Of a stretch of 64,000 nt of DNA, positions 37,777 to 50,547 are shown in pieces; positions within the stretch are counted from its first letter, which is position 1, and every line of letters starts with the position of its first letter. The position numbers were made by a program, and so were the translations under genes. The stretch lies in assembly GCA_951406725.2 (NCBI GenBank), contig OX597814.1, positions 199,392,001 through 199,456,000 of the forward strand, in the 5' to 3' direction. The stretch comes from Octopus vulgaris (taxonomy: Eukaryota). The notes under the pieces were generated by a model. It made no database searches and was not told where the DNA came from. It worked only from the letters and a program-made list of their open reading frames with translations.

Positions 37777-38312
37777 TTGAGATTACTTTACGTCTAAGCC
37801 AATACCATGTATGTATCCTATTCTAAGTAGAATGGTGTGTCAGAAAATAGAAGAAGAAAAGGAGAGGTCACTTTCATTTTAGAGAAGTTGAGGTCTCCAA
37901 GGCTCTTTCGTTTGCCTTTTTCTATTAAAGTCCCATGTTCGTGTGTTGTCTATGTCTGACAGCATAATTAGTCTGTCCAGTTGCATTTTGGTCAGTAGCT
38001 CATCGAAATCCTCCCTTTCGGTAAAATATTTCAGTTACTTATTAACTCCTCCATTAAGTAATTGTACTTCTTTCGAAAGACAGCGAAGCAACTGAGATTG
38101 TACTTCTGTGTCTTGTTTTGATGTTGTTCTGGTTGGTATTCCACTGATCGCTGTTCTGTTCATTCTTTTGTGGTTGTGCTTGTGTTTGTAACTTTCTGCT
38201 GGTGTTGTTGTCGAGTGGCTGGTCGTTGTCCATTCTGCATTTACGTGGAATGTTTTGGTTTTTTCATCTTATGGCGAGTGATTATTTATTATTTTTTTTC
38301 TCTTTATTCCGC

Positions 38313-38627
38313 CTCGAAAATATTTCTTGCGACGAACTTGTTTTCAATTCTCACCTGAGAGTAACTGGAGCCCATGAGGTGTTTCTTATAGAGGAATGTT
38401 TTATTTGTGGGAATGTTTTATATTTTGGTGGGCTTGCGGTTGTGGATCTTTGTAGCAGTATTGAAAAAACTTTAGGGCTGTGGTTTTGGTCACTGCTGCT
38501 ATTACTGCCCACCAAAATATAAAACATTCCCACAAATAAAACATTCCTCTATAAGAAACACCTCATGGGCTCCAGTTGCTCTCAGGGGAGAATTGAAAAC
38601 AAGTTCGTCGCAAGAAATATTTTCGAG
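38313..38627. repeat. 121-bp near-perfect inverted repeat, 73-nt loop
   Basis: Arms 38313-38433 and 38507-38627, with 2 mismatches by eye. Confidence 0.92.
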
Positions 38628-39793
38628 AAGGAAAAAAAGAGGAAAATACAACTGTTGATGGTGCGTCATCTGTTAGTACTTTTGCTATTGTTGTAGTTGT
38701 TTCTGTTGGTATTTTTGTAGTTGTTTGCAGTGATAGCGGCAGTGGATGGCTCTTATCTTGCAGTAGGCAAAATTACGGTAGTTTATGGTACCACATACCA
38801 AGTAAATCGGTCTAACCCTCTAAGCTAAGTAACTTGTGGCAGGCTGATTGGCTCAAGGATGATTTCAAGTTTTTTCCTGGTCTGACTGGATCAAAAATTC
38901 TTTGCTGTCTCCTATGATTTTTCACACTTTCTGAATCTCTGAGATGGTTGTTTCATCAACATTGACTCACGTAGCCACATTCATTCATCAGGTGCTTCTG
39001 ACAACCGAATCATCACTCTCACGTTCATCACTGGCCAACCTGTACCTGAGATATGACTTAAATTATAATCATTTAAATTCGGTAATGGAGTGACTCCTTG
39101 CTCGAACCTCAGAAGTAAATATGACGTCTACGGTGCCGTATTACCTTATACGAGCAATGAACAAGTTTTTTTTCCCAGTTATCTTCCCATTTATTCAAGC
39201 GTCACTTTCATCACTTTTCGACCCTTTACGCTTAGATAGTGATAAATTTCTGTATACGTATTTGTCTGTCTTTCTTCCCTTTGTCGAGGAGTTTTCCAGC
39301 TTCTTTATTACTTCCAGCTGTATTGTTAGTTTCTTGATAACTCTCATCGATGAAGTAGCTGCTTTTTGTATACGTTGTTCTTGACATTTTCGTTGTGGCT
39401 TCTGCCTTCGCTGGTCACCGACGCAGTGACCGAAGCAGAAACGACAATGATTTAGCAGAAATGGCGGTTGGCGTACTGTTCACAGACGGTGGTGGTGGGT
39501 GATGGTGGTAGTAGTAATGGTGGTTGATTTCTTTTCGGTTGACTTGTTGCCCAAATGACATCGTGGGTGGTATTATAGTATTTTATTATTACGTGTCGCT
39601 ACTGATGCTGTTATCATCGTCATCATCCGTCATCATTGTTATTTTCCTTGAATCTGGTAGAGCCAGAAAATTCATTTGCTTCAATGTTACGACACGGACG
39701 TTCTATGTAATTGGTTGATATTATTGATTTTTTTGTTATTGCTGTTGTTTTTTCAGTTGTTGTTACTGACACTGTTGTGTGTGTGTGTGTATA

Positions 39794-41223
39794 CAGTGGG
39801 GGCAAATAAATATTCGTACATGTCAAAATTCTTTATTTAATTTCTAATGAACATAAATGTGATATACCAATACTATATTTGCATACACGTGCATAAACTA
39901 AGAATATACAAAAAAAACTAATAAATTATAGTAACTAATGAATTTATATACAATTATAAATATTTAGGGGTGAAAAAAGTATTCGTCCAGAATAAATTTA
40001 TGATTTTCTATGCCACAAAATACTGTTCAAATATTTTTTTTTATAAGAACTTTCTCGTTTGTTCCAATAATCTTAACAGTTGTTAAGTGTCAGAACGCTA
40101 GCTTCTTCATTCAGAACTGAGACAACATAAAGTAGTATCGTAATAATGGCGAAAAGTAAAGAACTCACGAATTCAGTGAAAAACTTAATTATTGAACAGT
40201 GGAAAGCAGGTAAGAGTTACAGGAAAATATCAGAGACCCTTTGTATTCCATTTTCTACCATATCTTCATTTATTCAAAGATATAAAAAAATCGGGAACTG
40301 TTGAAAATAGAATAAGATCCGGTGCACCATGCAAGATTTCCCCCCTGATCTTTAAGAAAAATGAAGCGAAGAATCGAAATAAAACGCAATGATCACCAGA
40401 AAGGAGTTGCAAGAAGATGTGTTAGCTTCAAGGACTAATGTTACACAACGAACAATCAGCAATGAACTTCATACGAATGAACTGAAGTGACGCTCTCCTA
40501 GAAAAACTACGCTGTTGACTAAAAGGCATAGAGATGCCTGTTTAAAATTTGTTTATGAACATAAAGATAAATCTGATACATTCTGGGAAAATGTTCTATG
40601 GACAGACGAGTCGAAAACTGAATTGTTTGGACGAAATTCGCTTAGCCATGTTTGGAGGAAAGATGGTACCACCTATTCGCCGAAAAACACAATTTCTACC
40701 GTAAAGTTTGGAGGTGGCAACATCATGGTGTGGGGGTGTTTCTCTGCAAAGGGTACTGGCAATTTACATGTGATAGATGGTAGAAGGAATGCAGAGATGT
40801 ACCAAAATATTTTGAACAACAATTTATGGGATTCTGCAGAAAAGCTTCAGCTTTGTGAAGGGTGGGTTTTACAAGATAACGACCCTAAGCACACGGCGAA
40901 GTCTACCAAAAGATGGACAGTCGATCACAATATAAAATTATTAGTATGGCCACGCCAGTCACCTGACTTAAACTCCATTGAAAATTTGTGGCGTTATTTG
41001 AAAATTACAATTCAGTCAAGAGTCCCAAAGTACATTGCAGATTTGAAGAAAATTTGTCAAGAAAAATGGGAAAAAATTCCTAAAGAAACATGCAAGTCAT
41101 TGATTAAGAACTACAAGAAGAGATTGGTTGAAGTGGAACTGAATAATGGTTATGCTACGAAGTATTAAATGAGAATTATCAGTTATTTATGTTCTGTACG
41201 AATACTTTTTTCACCCCTAAATA
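39794..41223 (+). mobile_element. Tc1 (DD34E) transposon, IR/DR type, right end truncated
   Basis: TA|CAGTGGGGGCAAATAAATATTCGTAC left end. Inner DR at 39961-39995 is mirrored at 41185-41223. Confidence 0.9.
40146..41168 (+). pseudogene. Tc1 transposase pseudogene
   Basis: MAKSKELT..GKSYRKISETL (HTH, frameshifted), WTDESK, LQDNDPKH, SPDLNSIENLW, with exactly 34 residues between D and E. Confidence 0.92.
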
Positions 41224-41414
41224 CCTTTTCCACCGCTGGGCAGCTAATTTTCACAACTGAGCAGATTCTCTTCTCTGACCCAATCGTTATATCAGGTCTG
41301 TTGTGCTTACATTTTATTGAGGTCTTCACTGAGACGTTCCATCAGTACTCCTTTTTATTATTGTTATTGGTTGAGTAGCAGAATCGGTTGGGCACTGGAA
41401 TGAAATTTATCGCA

Positions 41415-41868
41415 ACTTTTTGAAGCGTTTGAGGGAGAACATTGGGAGAAAGCGATTGGATCTACGGAGCGCCATGAATTGGATTCTTCACGACGACAAT
41501 GCGGCCTGTCATGGAGATCTCCTCATTCGTGGAGTTTCTAGCCCAAAACAACATGGTGTCGCTTCCGTACCCATTCTATTCACCAGATTTAGCATCTGTG
41601 GACTTCCATCTCTTCCCGAAGATGAAAGGACAGCTTAAAGGTGGCCGTTTTATCACGGTTGTCGAGATCAAGAGTGAATCACAGAAGGTCCTCGACTCGC
41701 TTACGGAAAACATCTTCCAGGCCGGATTCCAAAAGTGGCAGGAACACTGCGACTGGTGTATTGCTGTGCAAGGTGACTATTTCAAAGGAGATGATGTTAA
41801 AATTTAGGTAAATAAGTTGTTTTTTTAATCAATATAACACATCCGGGAACTTTTTCACACCACCTCAT
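41415..41868 (+). mobile_element. mariner (DD34D) 3' fragment with right TIR
   Basis: WILHDDNAACH..(fs)..YSPDLASVDFHLFPKMK...GDYFKGD; end gaactttttcacaccacctc. Confidence 0.88.
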
Positions 41869-42799
41869 TTATCTCTAACTATGAAAATAAAAACACAAAA
41901 TTATTTTTTTTTTACATAAAAAATGTTTTCCTATATAAATAAACTCTAAAATATTAGTTTTTTGCGAGCTCAGTTTTTAGTTTTACTCGAAGCGAGAGAT
42001 TTGGAAAGAGAGTGAGAGATAAAGAGAGAGGCAGACAAAAAATCGCAATTTACTGAAAAGTCTTTGCATAAATAAAAGTCTACGTATAAAATATTTTCTG
42101 CATAAAAAAATAATTTTACTGAATAAATTTTAGTGCGTGAGTTAGCCAAAGAGGTTTTGCTGAACGAAGATCATTTTCAACTGATCCCGTTTCACTGTCC
42201 TCTGTTTCCAAAATTTAAAACGTGTTTTCCAATGCCTTTTTAGCCCTTGTAATGGAAGAAACATATTGGATTAATCTTGTGTAGCCATATCATGTCATTT
42301 CGAAAATAAGGGACGTAACACTTAGCTCGTATGATGTCTTTTATGTACTTCTGCTTAGGGTATATGTTGATTAATATTTTCAATAATATTTTTACTTATA
42401 CAGAATATAAAGATTCTCTTTAGAGAAGCAAGGGTGTTTAATTAAATGTCGAATAAAAACATAACGTAACATTACTTCTTTTAAAAAAAGTTTACTCCCA
42501 AAAAGGTTTTTTATGCCATTGTTATTGTAAACCTTTCTGAAATTTATAATACTAATCATTTCAATCTACATACGTATTCAGATTTATCTAAGAGTTTCTA
42601 CATATTTGGCACTCAGTCAATATCGAGTAACTCAGTAAAACAATATTAAATATTTTCCCTAAAAAGTTTGCTCCCGGCAAACTAACCACTCAATAATCTA
42701 ATATATTCTGCAGCAGCTGTAATATTTCTGGTATTAGAAAGGCAATCTTATTTGTAATGAAGCGTTCGTTGAAAGAGCAGAAACCAAAACACTGCTTGT

Positions 42800-43250
42800 A
42801 TTTATTCTTCTTAATCCTTTTTGCCCCTTGTGGAGCATAGGGCCTCAACAATTGTTTTCCACTTTTTGCGGTCATTGGCGTGTTTATTTGCTGCTTCCCA
42901 TGTCAGGCCGGTGGTCCTGAGCTCGTCCAAAATACTCCGCTTCCATGTCTGCTTCGGGCATCCTCGCTTCCTTTTCTCCTGCGGGTTCCAGTCAAGTGCT
43001 TGTTGTGTCACATTTGAGGGTTCTTTCTGCAGTGTGTGTCCGATCCATCTCCATTTCCTTCGTCTAATCTGAGCATGTATGGGCTCCTGGTTGGCCCTTT
43101 CCCACAGGTCGGTGTTTGGCACTCTGTCGAACCACTTCAGATGGAGGATCTGACGGAGACATTTGTTGATGAAGGTCTGTATCTTCTTTTAGTTGCTGCA
43201 GGTGACACTCCATGTTTCAGAGCCATACAAAAGCACAGATTTTATGTTAA
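42800..43250 (-). mobile_element. RTE-clade LINE 3' end
   Basis: NTDLWERANQEPI..QIRRRKWRWIGHTL...ALDWNPQEKRKRGCPKQTWKRS...ALCS. Confidence 0.9.
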
Positions 43251-43878
43251 ACTGCTTATATTTAATGACGTCTAAATCATCTATTGTTGTCGTCATAACA
43301 GTTTGTGTCACCCTCGATCATATACATCACTGAATGAGCAGGTCTCCGGTACAACATGTGCGTTAGGAAATGCGTAGATTTTGCTCCGTGAATATCTTCG
43401 ACATCGTGTTTTTTTCCTTCGCGCATCATACTGTAATAATTTTGCTTTTACATAAGTATTCGTTAAGAAACTAAGCAGCGGAGTTGTTATATGGTAGACG
43501 AACATCGACACATATCAAATATAAATTCTTTCGTCGAGCTGCTATATTCTTTTGTGGCTTGGGTTATATGTGCATTTTCATCTTTGTTCATAGCTTTTGT
43601 TGTGTCCTCTTTTACTGCGATTTTTATTTATTGTTTCTGCGAGATCTTTCCCGATGTCCTCCCTGATTGCTTTGTTGTGATGCACGTATTTTATTCCAAT
43701 TCTAGAAAGATTCAGAATCGATAGCAGTATCTTTTACTTTAGAGGGCTGTCAATTTGGTTGAGATCGTATACCACTGACTTTTAAATGTTTTTCATCCTC
43801 TTATGGTTAAGTACAGGGTATCAACTAAACCCCATCTGTAAATTTTAGGCCTTGTCCCCATTGTTACTACTACTACTA

Positions 43879-44375
43879 AGGCGGCGAGCAGGCAGAATCG
43901 TTAGCACACTGGACGAAATGCTTAACAGTATTTCGCCCGTCACTACGTTCTGGTTTCAAATTCAATTGCTACTTATCTTATCGACCCTGAAAGGATCAAA
44001 GGCAAAGTCGACCTCGGAGGAATTTGAACTCAGAACTTTGCCTTTCATCCTTTCAGAGTCGATTAAATAAGTACCAGTTACGCACTGGGGTCGAAATAAT
44101 CGACTTAACCTTTTCCCCATGCTGCCCTTGTGGCAAAAATCTGAAATCATTATTATTATTATTAAGGTGGCAATTGTTATCGCGCGAGAAAAAGTGCTTC
44201 ACGGCATTTTTTCCTATTTTACGTTCTGAGTTCAAATGCTGCCGGGGTTGGCTTTACCTTTCATTCTTTCGGGATCGATAAAATAATTACCATTCGGACA
44301 TTGGTGTCCATGTAACCGCATATCCACATCACCCCAACCCCGAAATTACTGGCTTTGTGCTAAAATCTGAAACCA
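43879..44375 (+). mobile_element. SINE family B cluster with an internal inversion
   Basis: B head at 43879, inverted B segment at about 43975-44038, then a decayed copy. Confidence 0.75.
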
Positions 44376-44755
44376 TTATTATTGTTATTGCCACGTGGGG
44401 AAAAGGCTATTTGGACTTAGGGCTTGTGGCTAAAATCTCTGTAGCTTAATTTAACATCGCAGGAAAGTTATTGCCTTGATTGATCTGAGTGACGTAAAAT
44501 GTGTCATGATGTGTTTAAACGATTCGAGTTGAGGAAACAGAACAGTTAGGGTTAGAACAATAAAAGAATTATATCCTGCAATGAACAGGATATAAACAAT
44601 TCCGGGCAAAAATCAGAATCATCATTGTTCCAGTTGTGCTTCCATAGCAAAATCTATACCGCGACTGGGGTGACCTTTTTCTTCTTCGTCTTCTTCTTGT
44701 AAGTATTGTTATTGTTATTATTATTATTATTATTATTAGTAGTAGTAGTAGTAGT

Positions 44756-44890
44756 ATTCCGCCGAGGTAGACTTTGCCTTTCATCCTTTCGGAGTCGATA
44801 AATTAAGTACCTTTTAACACTGGGGTCGATGTAATCAACTAGTCCCCTCCCCACAATCCTGAGGCCATGTGCCTCTTGTAGAAAGGATTG
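44756..44890 (+). mobile_element. SINE family B 3' half
   Basis: ttccgccgaggtagactttgcctttcatcc...gtagaaaggatt. Confidence 0.75.
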
Positions 44891-44911
44891 TTATTATTAT
44901 TATGATTATTA

Positions 44912-45450
44912 TTGAGAGAGCAGTGCATGCCATCAAAGTGACACTAGGGTAAAATATACGAAGCCCAGTATACCCATCATGACTACCCGTCTGATAAGGG
45001 TACACTAGGCACATACATCACAACCATATGTGAACGACATGGTGATCTCATATCAAGATAAACAGCATATGACCTTGCAGGTGGGGCCCAGTTAGAATTT
45101 TCTTCAGGTCGAGTAACCCATCCCGCTCAAAAGGTCCCTGAATAAGGGTTGTTTAAGAATGTCGAACGAAATACCCATATTTCCAGAGGTGAATTATTCA
45201 AACCCCAAAGAATTCCTCTCAACACATGGCTATGATGCTCCTCCACTACTTCTGCTCGTGATCAGCCACTAAGGGACATGCTCAACTGGTTATGGTCAAA
45301 CAACTGACGAGCAAATCTGTGGTATTGAGCAGAATATTTGCTGTAGCCCATCTTTCATACTAAGACAAAACAATGTACATGATAACACTTCCAATCAGAT
45401 AAGATCAGAAGCCACGAGTGCCACTGCTTGGTACTACATCAGGGCATTTA
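44912..45450 (-). mobile_element. (AAT)-tailed interspersed repeat, class uncertain
   Basis: Partial second copy at 27738-27815. Both abut (att)n. Confidence 0.55.
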
Positions 45451-45867
45451 TTTCAAGGCCTCATCAACTTTTTCAGGTTCCACTTGAAAAGGAAGATGAG
45501 AGTAGAGAGGGAAGTGCTGTCTCGTGGCAAATTTATTGAAAGGTGAGTGAATGTCGGAAGAATGGCCAGTATGAACGGACCAATTCTGAGGATACACCTG
45601 TAAAAAAAGGGTAATATAAAAGGAGAAAGGGGCTCTCTACCTCCCTTTTGACTAGGCTCCCGTGGTTTTTATGGGTTTTTCCACAAGTAACCTTTCGAAG
45701 CGCCTCCCCCTATTGGGAGATTTTACTTGTTATATTTTCGTTGTTATCTTGCATTTTTACACGGACTTTTCAAACGGACAAAACCCTTTTTGTAACTTTC
45801 GTCCTGTATTTTGTCTTTACAGGTTTTATTTGATTTTTGTTAGCCCTTGTGGCCAATAAACGAATTA

Positions 45868-45868
<1 letters not shown>
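45451..45868 (+). mobile_element. Tx1/L1-like LINE 3' end
   Basis: FQGLINFFRFHLKRKMRVEREVLSRGKFIER*VNVGRM..IHL*, then a T-rich 3' UTR ending ttagcccttgtggccaataaacgaa. Confidence 0.6.
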
Positions 45869-45902
<34 letters not shown>

Positions 45903-46290
45903 GGTGGCGAGTTGGGCGGTTGGGCACTGGAATAAAATTCACTGCAATATCAAGTTATGTTATTTTACGTTCCGCATCCATAAATTATTTCCTTTCAATT
46001 TTCCACGGTTACTTAAGTAGCGTTACTAATTAAGTTTTTTATATTGATTTGATGGGATGATTTGACCTCCAATATGTAATTCCCTTCTGCCAATACTAAA
46101 TGTCATCAATATTATTTTTGCAGATGTGTCAGAAAGTTAGAACTCTCTAACAAATATGTTGTGATATTTACAACACTCTACATCCTTAGTCGAATTACTT
46201 GCTGTTGCATTTAATTATTCGTTCGTCGATAAAAAAGAATTTGCTCATCATGTTGAGTAGCATTATGCCTTGAGTATGTAGGTACGTCAA

Positions 46291-46715
46291 GGCGGCGAGC
46301 TGGCAGAAACGTTGGCACGCCGGGCAAAATGCTTAGCAGTATTTCTTCTGTCTTTACGTTCTGAGTTCAAATTCCATTGAGGTTGACTTAGCATTTCATC
46401 CTTTCGGGATCGATAAATTAAGTACTAGTTGCGTCATGGGGTCGATATAATCGACTGGCACCCTCCCCAAAAATTTCGCGCGTTGTACCTACAGTAACTC
46501 CATGGTGGCGAGCAGGCAGAAACGTTAGCAAACCGGGAGAAATGCTTAGCGGTATTTCGTCTGTCGTTGCGTTCTAAGTTCAAATTCCGCCGAGATCAAC
46601 TTAGCCTTTCATCCTTTCGGGGTCGATAAATTAAATACCAGTTGCGTCCTGGTGTCGATCTAATCAACTGACGCCCTCCCCGAAATTTCGCGCCGCGTGC
46701 CTAGAGTATAATAGA
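46291..46715 (+). mobile_element. Two tandem SINE family B copies
   Basis: Two heads at 46291 and about 46504. Confidence 0.85.
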
Positions 46716-46722
46716 ATATATT

Positions 46723-46917
46723 ACTCTTTAACTTGTTTCAGTCATTTGACTGTGACCATGCTGGAGCACCACCTTTAGTCGAGCTTACTCTTTGTAAACT
46801 TAGTACTTATTCTATCGGTCCCTTCTGCCGAACCGCTAGGTTACGGGGACGTAACACACCAACATCAATTGTCAAACGATGTTGGGAGGACAAACACAGA
46901 CACACAAACGTACCCAC

Positions 46918-46952
<35 letters not shown>

Positions 46953-47129
46953 CACACATATATACACGACGGGCTTCTTTCAGTTTCCGTCTACCAAATC
47001 CACTCACAATGCTTTGGTCGACCCGAGGCAATAGTAGAAGACACTTTCCCACGGTGCCACGCACTGGGACTGAACCCGGAACCATGTGTTTGGTAAGCAA
47101 GCTACTTACCACACAGCAACTCATACGCC
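46723..47129 (-). mobile_element. SINE family A
   Basis: Family A sequence. Confidence 0.87.
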
Positions 47130-47797
47130 TATAGTTACGTCCTTTGACTTTTCATGGTCAAATCTAACCGAAGTCACACAAAGTATCAATCCGTCGACAA
47201 CCGATGAAATAAATACCAGTCATACACCCTTTCCAGAGAAGCATGTTGCTTTTGTAAAAACATTAAAAAAAAATTCCTTGTAATTATAGAAGCATCATAG
47301 CCATAAATGAAGTTATGTCGCTCGCTGTGTTTGCTTGTATGTGTGCGCGGGAAATAAATAAAAGAGGAACATTTGAAACAGAGGAAAATAAAAAAAAAAA
47401 GAAAAATATTTATAAGAGACATATTCCTTCAATAATCTGCTGGAAGCTGTTTATTGACGTCCGCTTACGCAATTTTATTTATGGTTTTCAGTTGTACTGA
47501 TCAAAGGTTTCCAAGCTTCATCCAGCCTTTTATTTCCCCCAGATGATATGCAACAACATTGTAATTTAGAAAACTGTGTGTTTGGTTGACAAATAGAGGC
47601 GAATGTAATTATGGTAATTTGATATCACTTCATCAAATCATTACTGCCTCTCCTCAAGACATATTTTGTAATTTCGTAATTTGTGTAAATGCGTGTGAGA
47701 GACTCTCTAAATGTATACAGACAGATACAAAAAATTGTGGATTCACATATACATCTACACATATCTATACATAAACACACTACCCTACACACATATA

Positions 47798-47832
<35 letters not shown>

Positions 47833-47838
<6 letters not shown>

Positions 47839-47936
47839 AGAGTTTACGAAAAAAAACAAAAGACGAAGACAAGTGGTGTACAAAACAAACAGATTATTAG
47901 TATAACACTCAGGAATAGAAAAAGTCTTTTACGTTA
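47833..47936 (-). mobile_element. Short repeat in (TA)n, same family as 23566-23692
   Basis: gggagagtttacgaaaaaa...gacgaagac...ctcaggaa is shared. Confidence 0.6.
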
Positions 47937-47979
<43 letters not shown>

Positions 47980-48414
47980 CCAAGCATACATATAAATATA
48001 TACACACAAATGTGCTCGCCCTTATTTATGCACATACACACACAATCACACAATCACGCATACACACTCATGGCTATTTTCAGAGGATTTGAAGCTAATA
48101 GGAGCTCTTATTTCACTCCTGTGAATATTAAATGATATTTATCTCTCACTGGAAGGAATACCTTCATTATTTTTTGTTGGTCCGACTAATAATGGAACAG
48201 CATATTATGCACTCACACACACACACACATATACATAGACATAATTGTTAAAGAGGACAGCGATATATATCCGCTACATCGGAAATCTGCAACGGTTCCA
48301 TAACAACCGTCTCGGCTATAACCTTGGAGCCTTGGTAATCCATTACAGCACTCACTTAGCGTACCTAACTTTTTACATCTCTTGTGAACCAAATCCCACC
48401 ATACTATATCACCA

Positions 48415-48575
48415 TGTTCACCGTGACCGACCAGGCTATCAGATGTTGCTACACATCGTTGGTTTTAGCCTTCAATTCACGCCACCCCGCTGGCTAAGCG
48501 AGCAGGCCAACAGAAGAAAGAGTGAGAGTAAGTTGTGGCGAAAGAGTGCAGCAGGGATCGCCACCACCCCCTGTA
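48415..48575 (-). mobile_element. SINE family C variant fragment
   Basis: Combines the C body (cagcaggg..ccaccacc) with the tail of 53750-53800. Confidence 0.65.
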
Positions 48576-49366
48576 TACACACACACACACACACACACAC
48601 CCACATGCAGATACAAACACGCACGCACGTATCAAATGCGTGAGATTATGTGGGTACTAATCCACGCAGAATGTATTTTTAATTCCAAGAAACATTTTGA
48701 AATTTCTCCTGTGCATTTACACGCTTGGTGAAAGGATCGTCTGATCTCTGACACAGCTTACGCTTATTCTCCATACATGTCAAGCGCCTTCCATTGTCGA
48801 CAGTTTCCAACTTTACTTTTTGCTTCTAGCGATCCATATGCCAAGATCATTATCTTGTTTACTATATTTTCACACATCCTCCCCACTTCGAAGCTTCATC
48901 TATCTTACTAAATACTGAGTTACCTTGTTTTACTCATTCATTCATTCTTTACACTAAAGAAGAAGGGTTTTTCTTTCAGATGTCTTTTTAGTTATATGCA
49001 ATAATGCGGTGTTAGAGACGTTTAGAGACGATGTCTCACCCTTTTATATATACTGCATGTTTTATTATATCATTATTGGCTGTAGTAACTGTATTAGATT
49101 CTCTCTATTAATTTCTCCCTCTGGCTATGGAAACCATACACTTATGTACCACATTGTGGGGAATCCTTTCGTAGTTTTTATGTGCCTCTTTAGCCCGAGG
49201 TTCTTTAATCAAATCAGTTTAATGTTAGACAAGATTTTTCTCAGGTAAGTCTCTTCTCATGTATTCTTTTTACAGTCACATGTGAAGGAAGTTTTCAGGC
49301 CAATCACAACGGTTGAAATTGTTTGCAAGGTATTACTTACCTTATTGTTATATCTTTACTGTTTCA

Positions 49367-49722
49367 GTGGGGGCGCGTGGCTTAGTGGTTACGGTGTTGC
49401 ACACATGATCGTAAGTTTGTGGTTTCGATTCCTGAACCGAGCGATGCGTTGTGTTCTTGAGCAAAACACTTCATTTTCACGTTGCTCCAGTCCACTCAGC
49501 TGGCGAAAATGAATAATCCTGCGACGAACAGGCTTCCCGTCCAGGTGGAGAATTTCCACGCCACTGAAACCGGAAAACCGGCCCTTATGAGCCTGGCATG
49601 GCTCGAGAAGCAACATTTAAACGCTGCGATGGACTGGCGTCCAGCTGGTGGGGAGCACATACGCTATAGAAACCGGGCTCATGAGCCTGGTAAGGCTTGA
49701 AAAGGGCGCATAAATAAATAAA
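49367..49722 (+). mobile_element. tRNA-headed SINE with a duplicated Meta-like core
   Basis: 12-bp TSD tttactgtttca at 49355-49366 and 49723-49734. ctgcga.g.ac.ggc..cc.gtccag...gaaaccgg...atgagcctgg occurs twice; (taaa)n tail. Confidence 0.85.
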
Positions 49723-50455
49723 TTTACTGTTTCAACTTTGAGCGGAGTAATGCCATTTAATGTGCATTAATGGAATCATATGCTACTTTTAAGCTATACA
49801 TTTATAATTTTCTTCCTGTTTAATGGAATAAAGAAAAAAGCAAATGGTTCTATCAACAGCTTCGCTGTACATGTAACGCATCTTTCGGTTGTACATGAAA
49901 TATTAACGGTACCACATTATTGATGCATGAAATGATAATTGAAACATATTTGACAAAATCAAGACATTGTATTTTACAAGATGATTTGATTTTACTTGTC
50001 CATAGTTATAGGCAAATCTATAAAGGCAGCTTTGTTTCTAAAGAGTCATTTCTGTACTAAACCCTCTTAAATGTAATATACTTTTTATCTCAACCAGTAC
50101 GTTTTAAAACTTCATAATCTTTGTCCATTCTTCTCATAGTTAGGATGAGAAGCAGGAATGATCGCATAGTCGGAGGTTTGCTTCACAATCACATACACGA
50201 GTCCAAGTTCGTTTCACCTGCACCGCATTTTAGCTTGGTCAAGTTTTTTCAAGAGAACCCAAGCTTAGGCTGCCGAAAACTGTGAGAATGCCCATTTGCT
50301 TGTAGCCCTTCTTGAATAGTAGGCCTACGTCGGCGCCCAGTCTTATTATAATAACACATTTTAAATTTATATTTCTAACAAACACCAATTTATAGTATTA
50401 CTTAAAATTTTTAAAAAAACTACTATTTGATATGTTATACAAAATTCAAATTTTA

Positions 50456-50547
50456 TATCTCTGAAGAGCAGAAGAGTTGTCTATAAATGCTTATCAATAT
50501 AGGATTTCATTATAGGGACAGCACTTCTGTGAAACGATCGTAAGATG
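50456..50547 (+). ncRNA. Type I hammerhead ribozyme (Penelope-associated style)
   Basis: tatct-CTGAAGA-gcagaag...cttctgt-GAAAC-gatc-GTA-agatg. Stems I, II and a palindromic stem III all pair. Confidence 0.75.

Noticed and set aside
38000-39450. Possible LINE ORF1 relic on the minus strand (YGTVDVIF motif)
   Set aside because: Too decayed to assign without a search.
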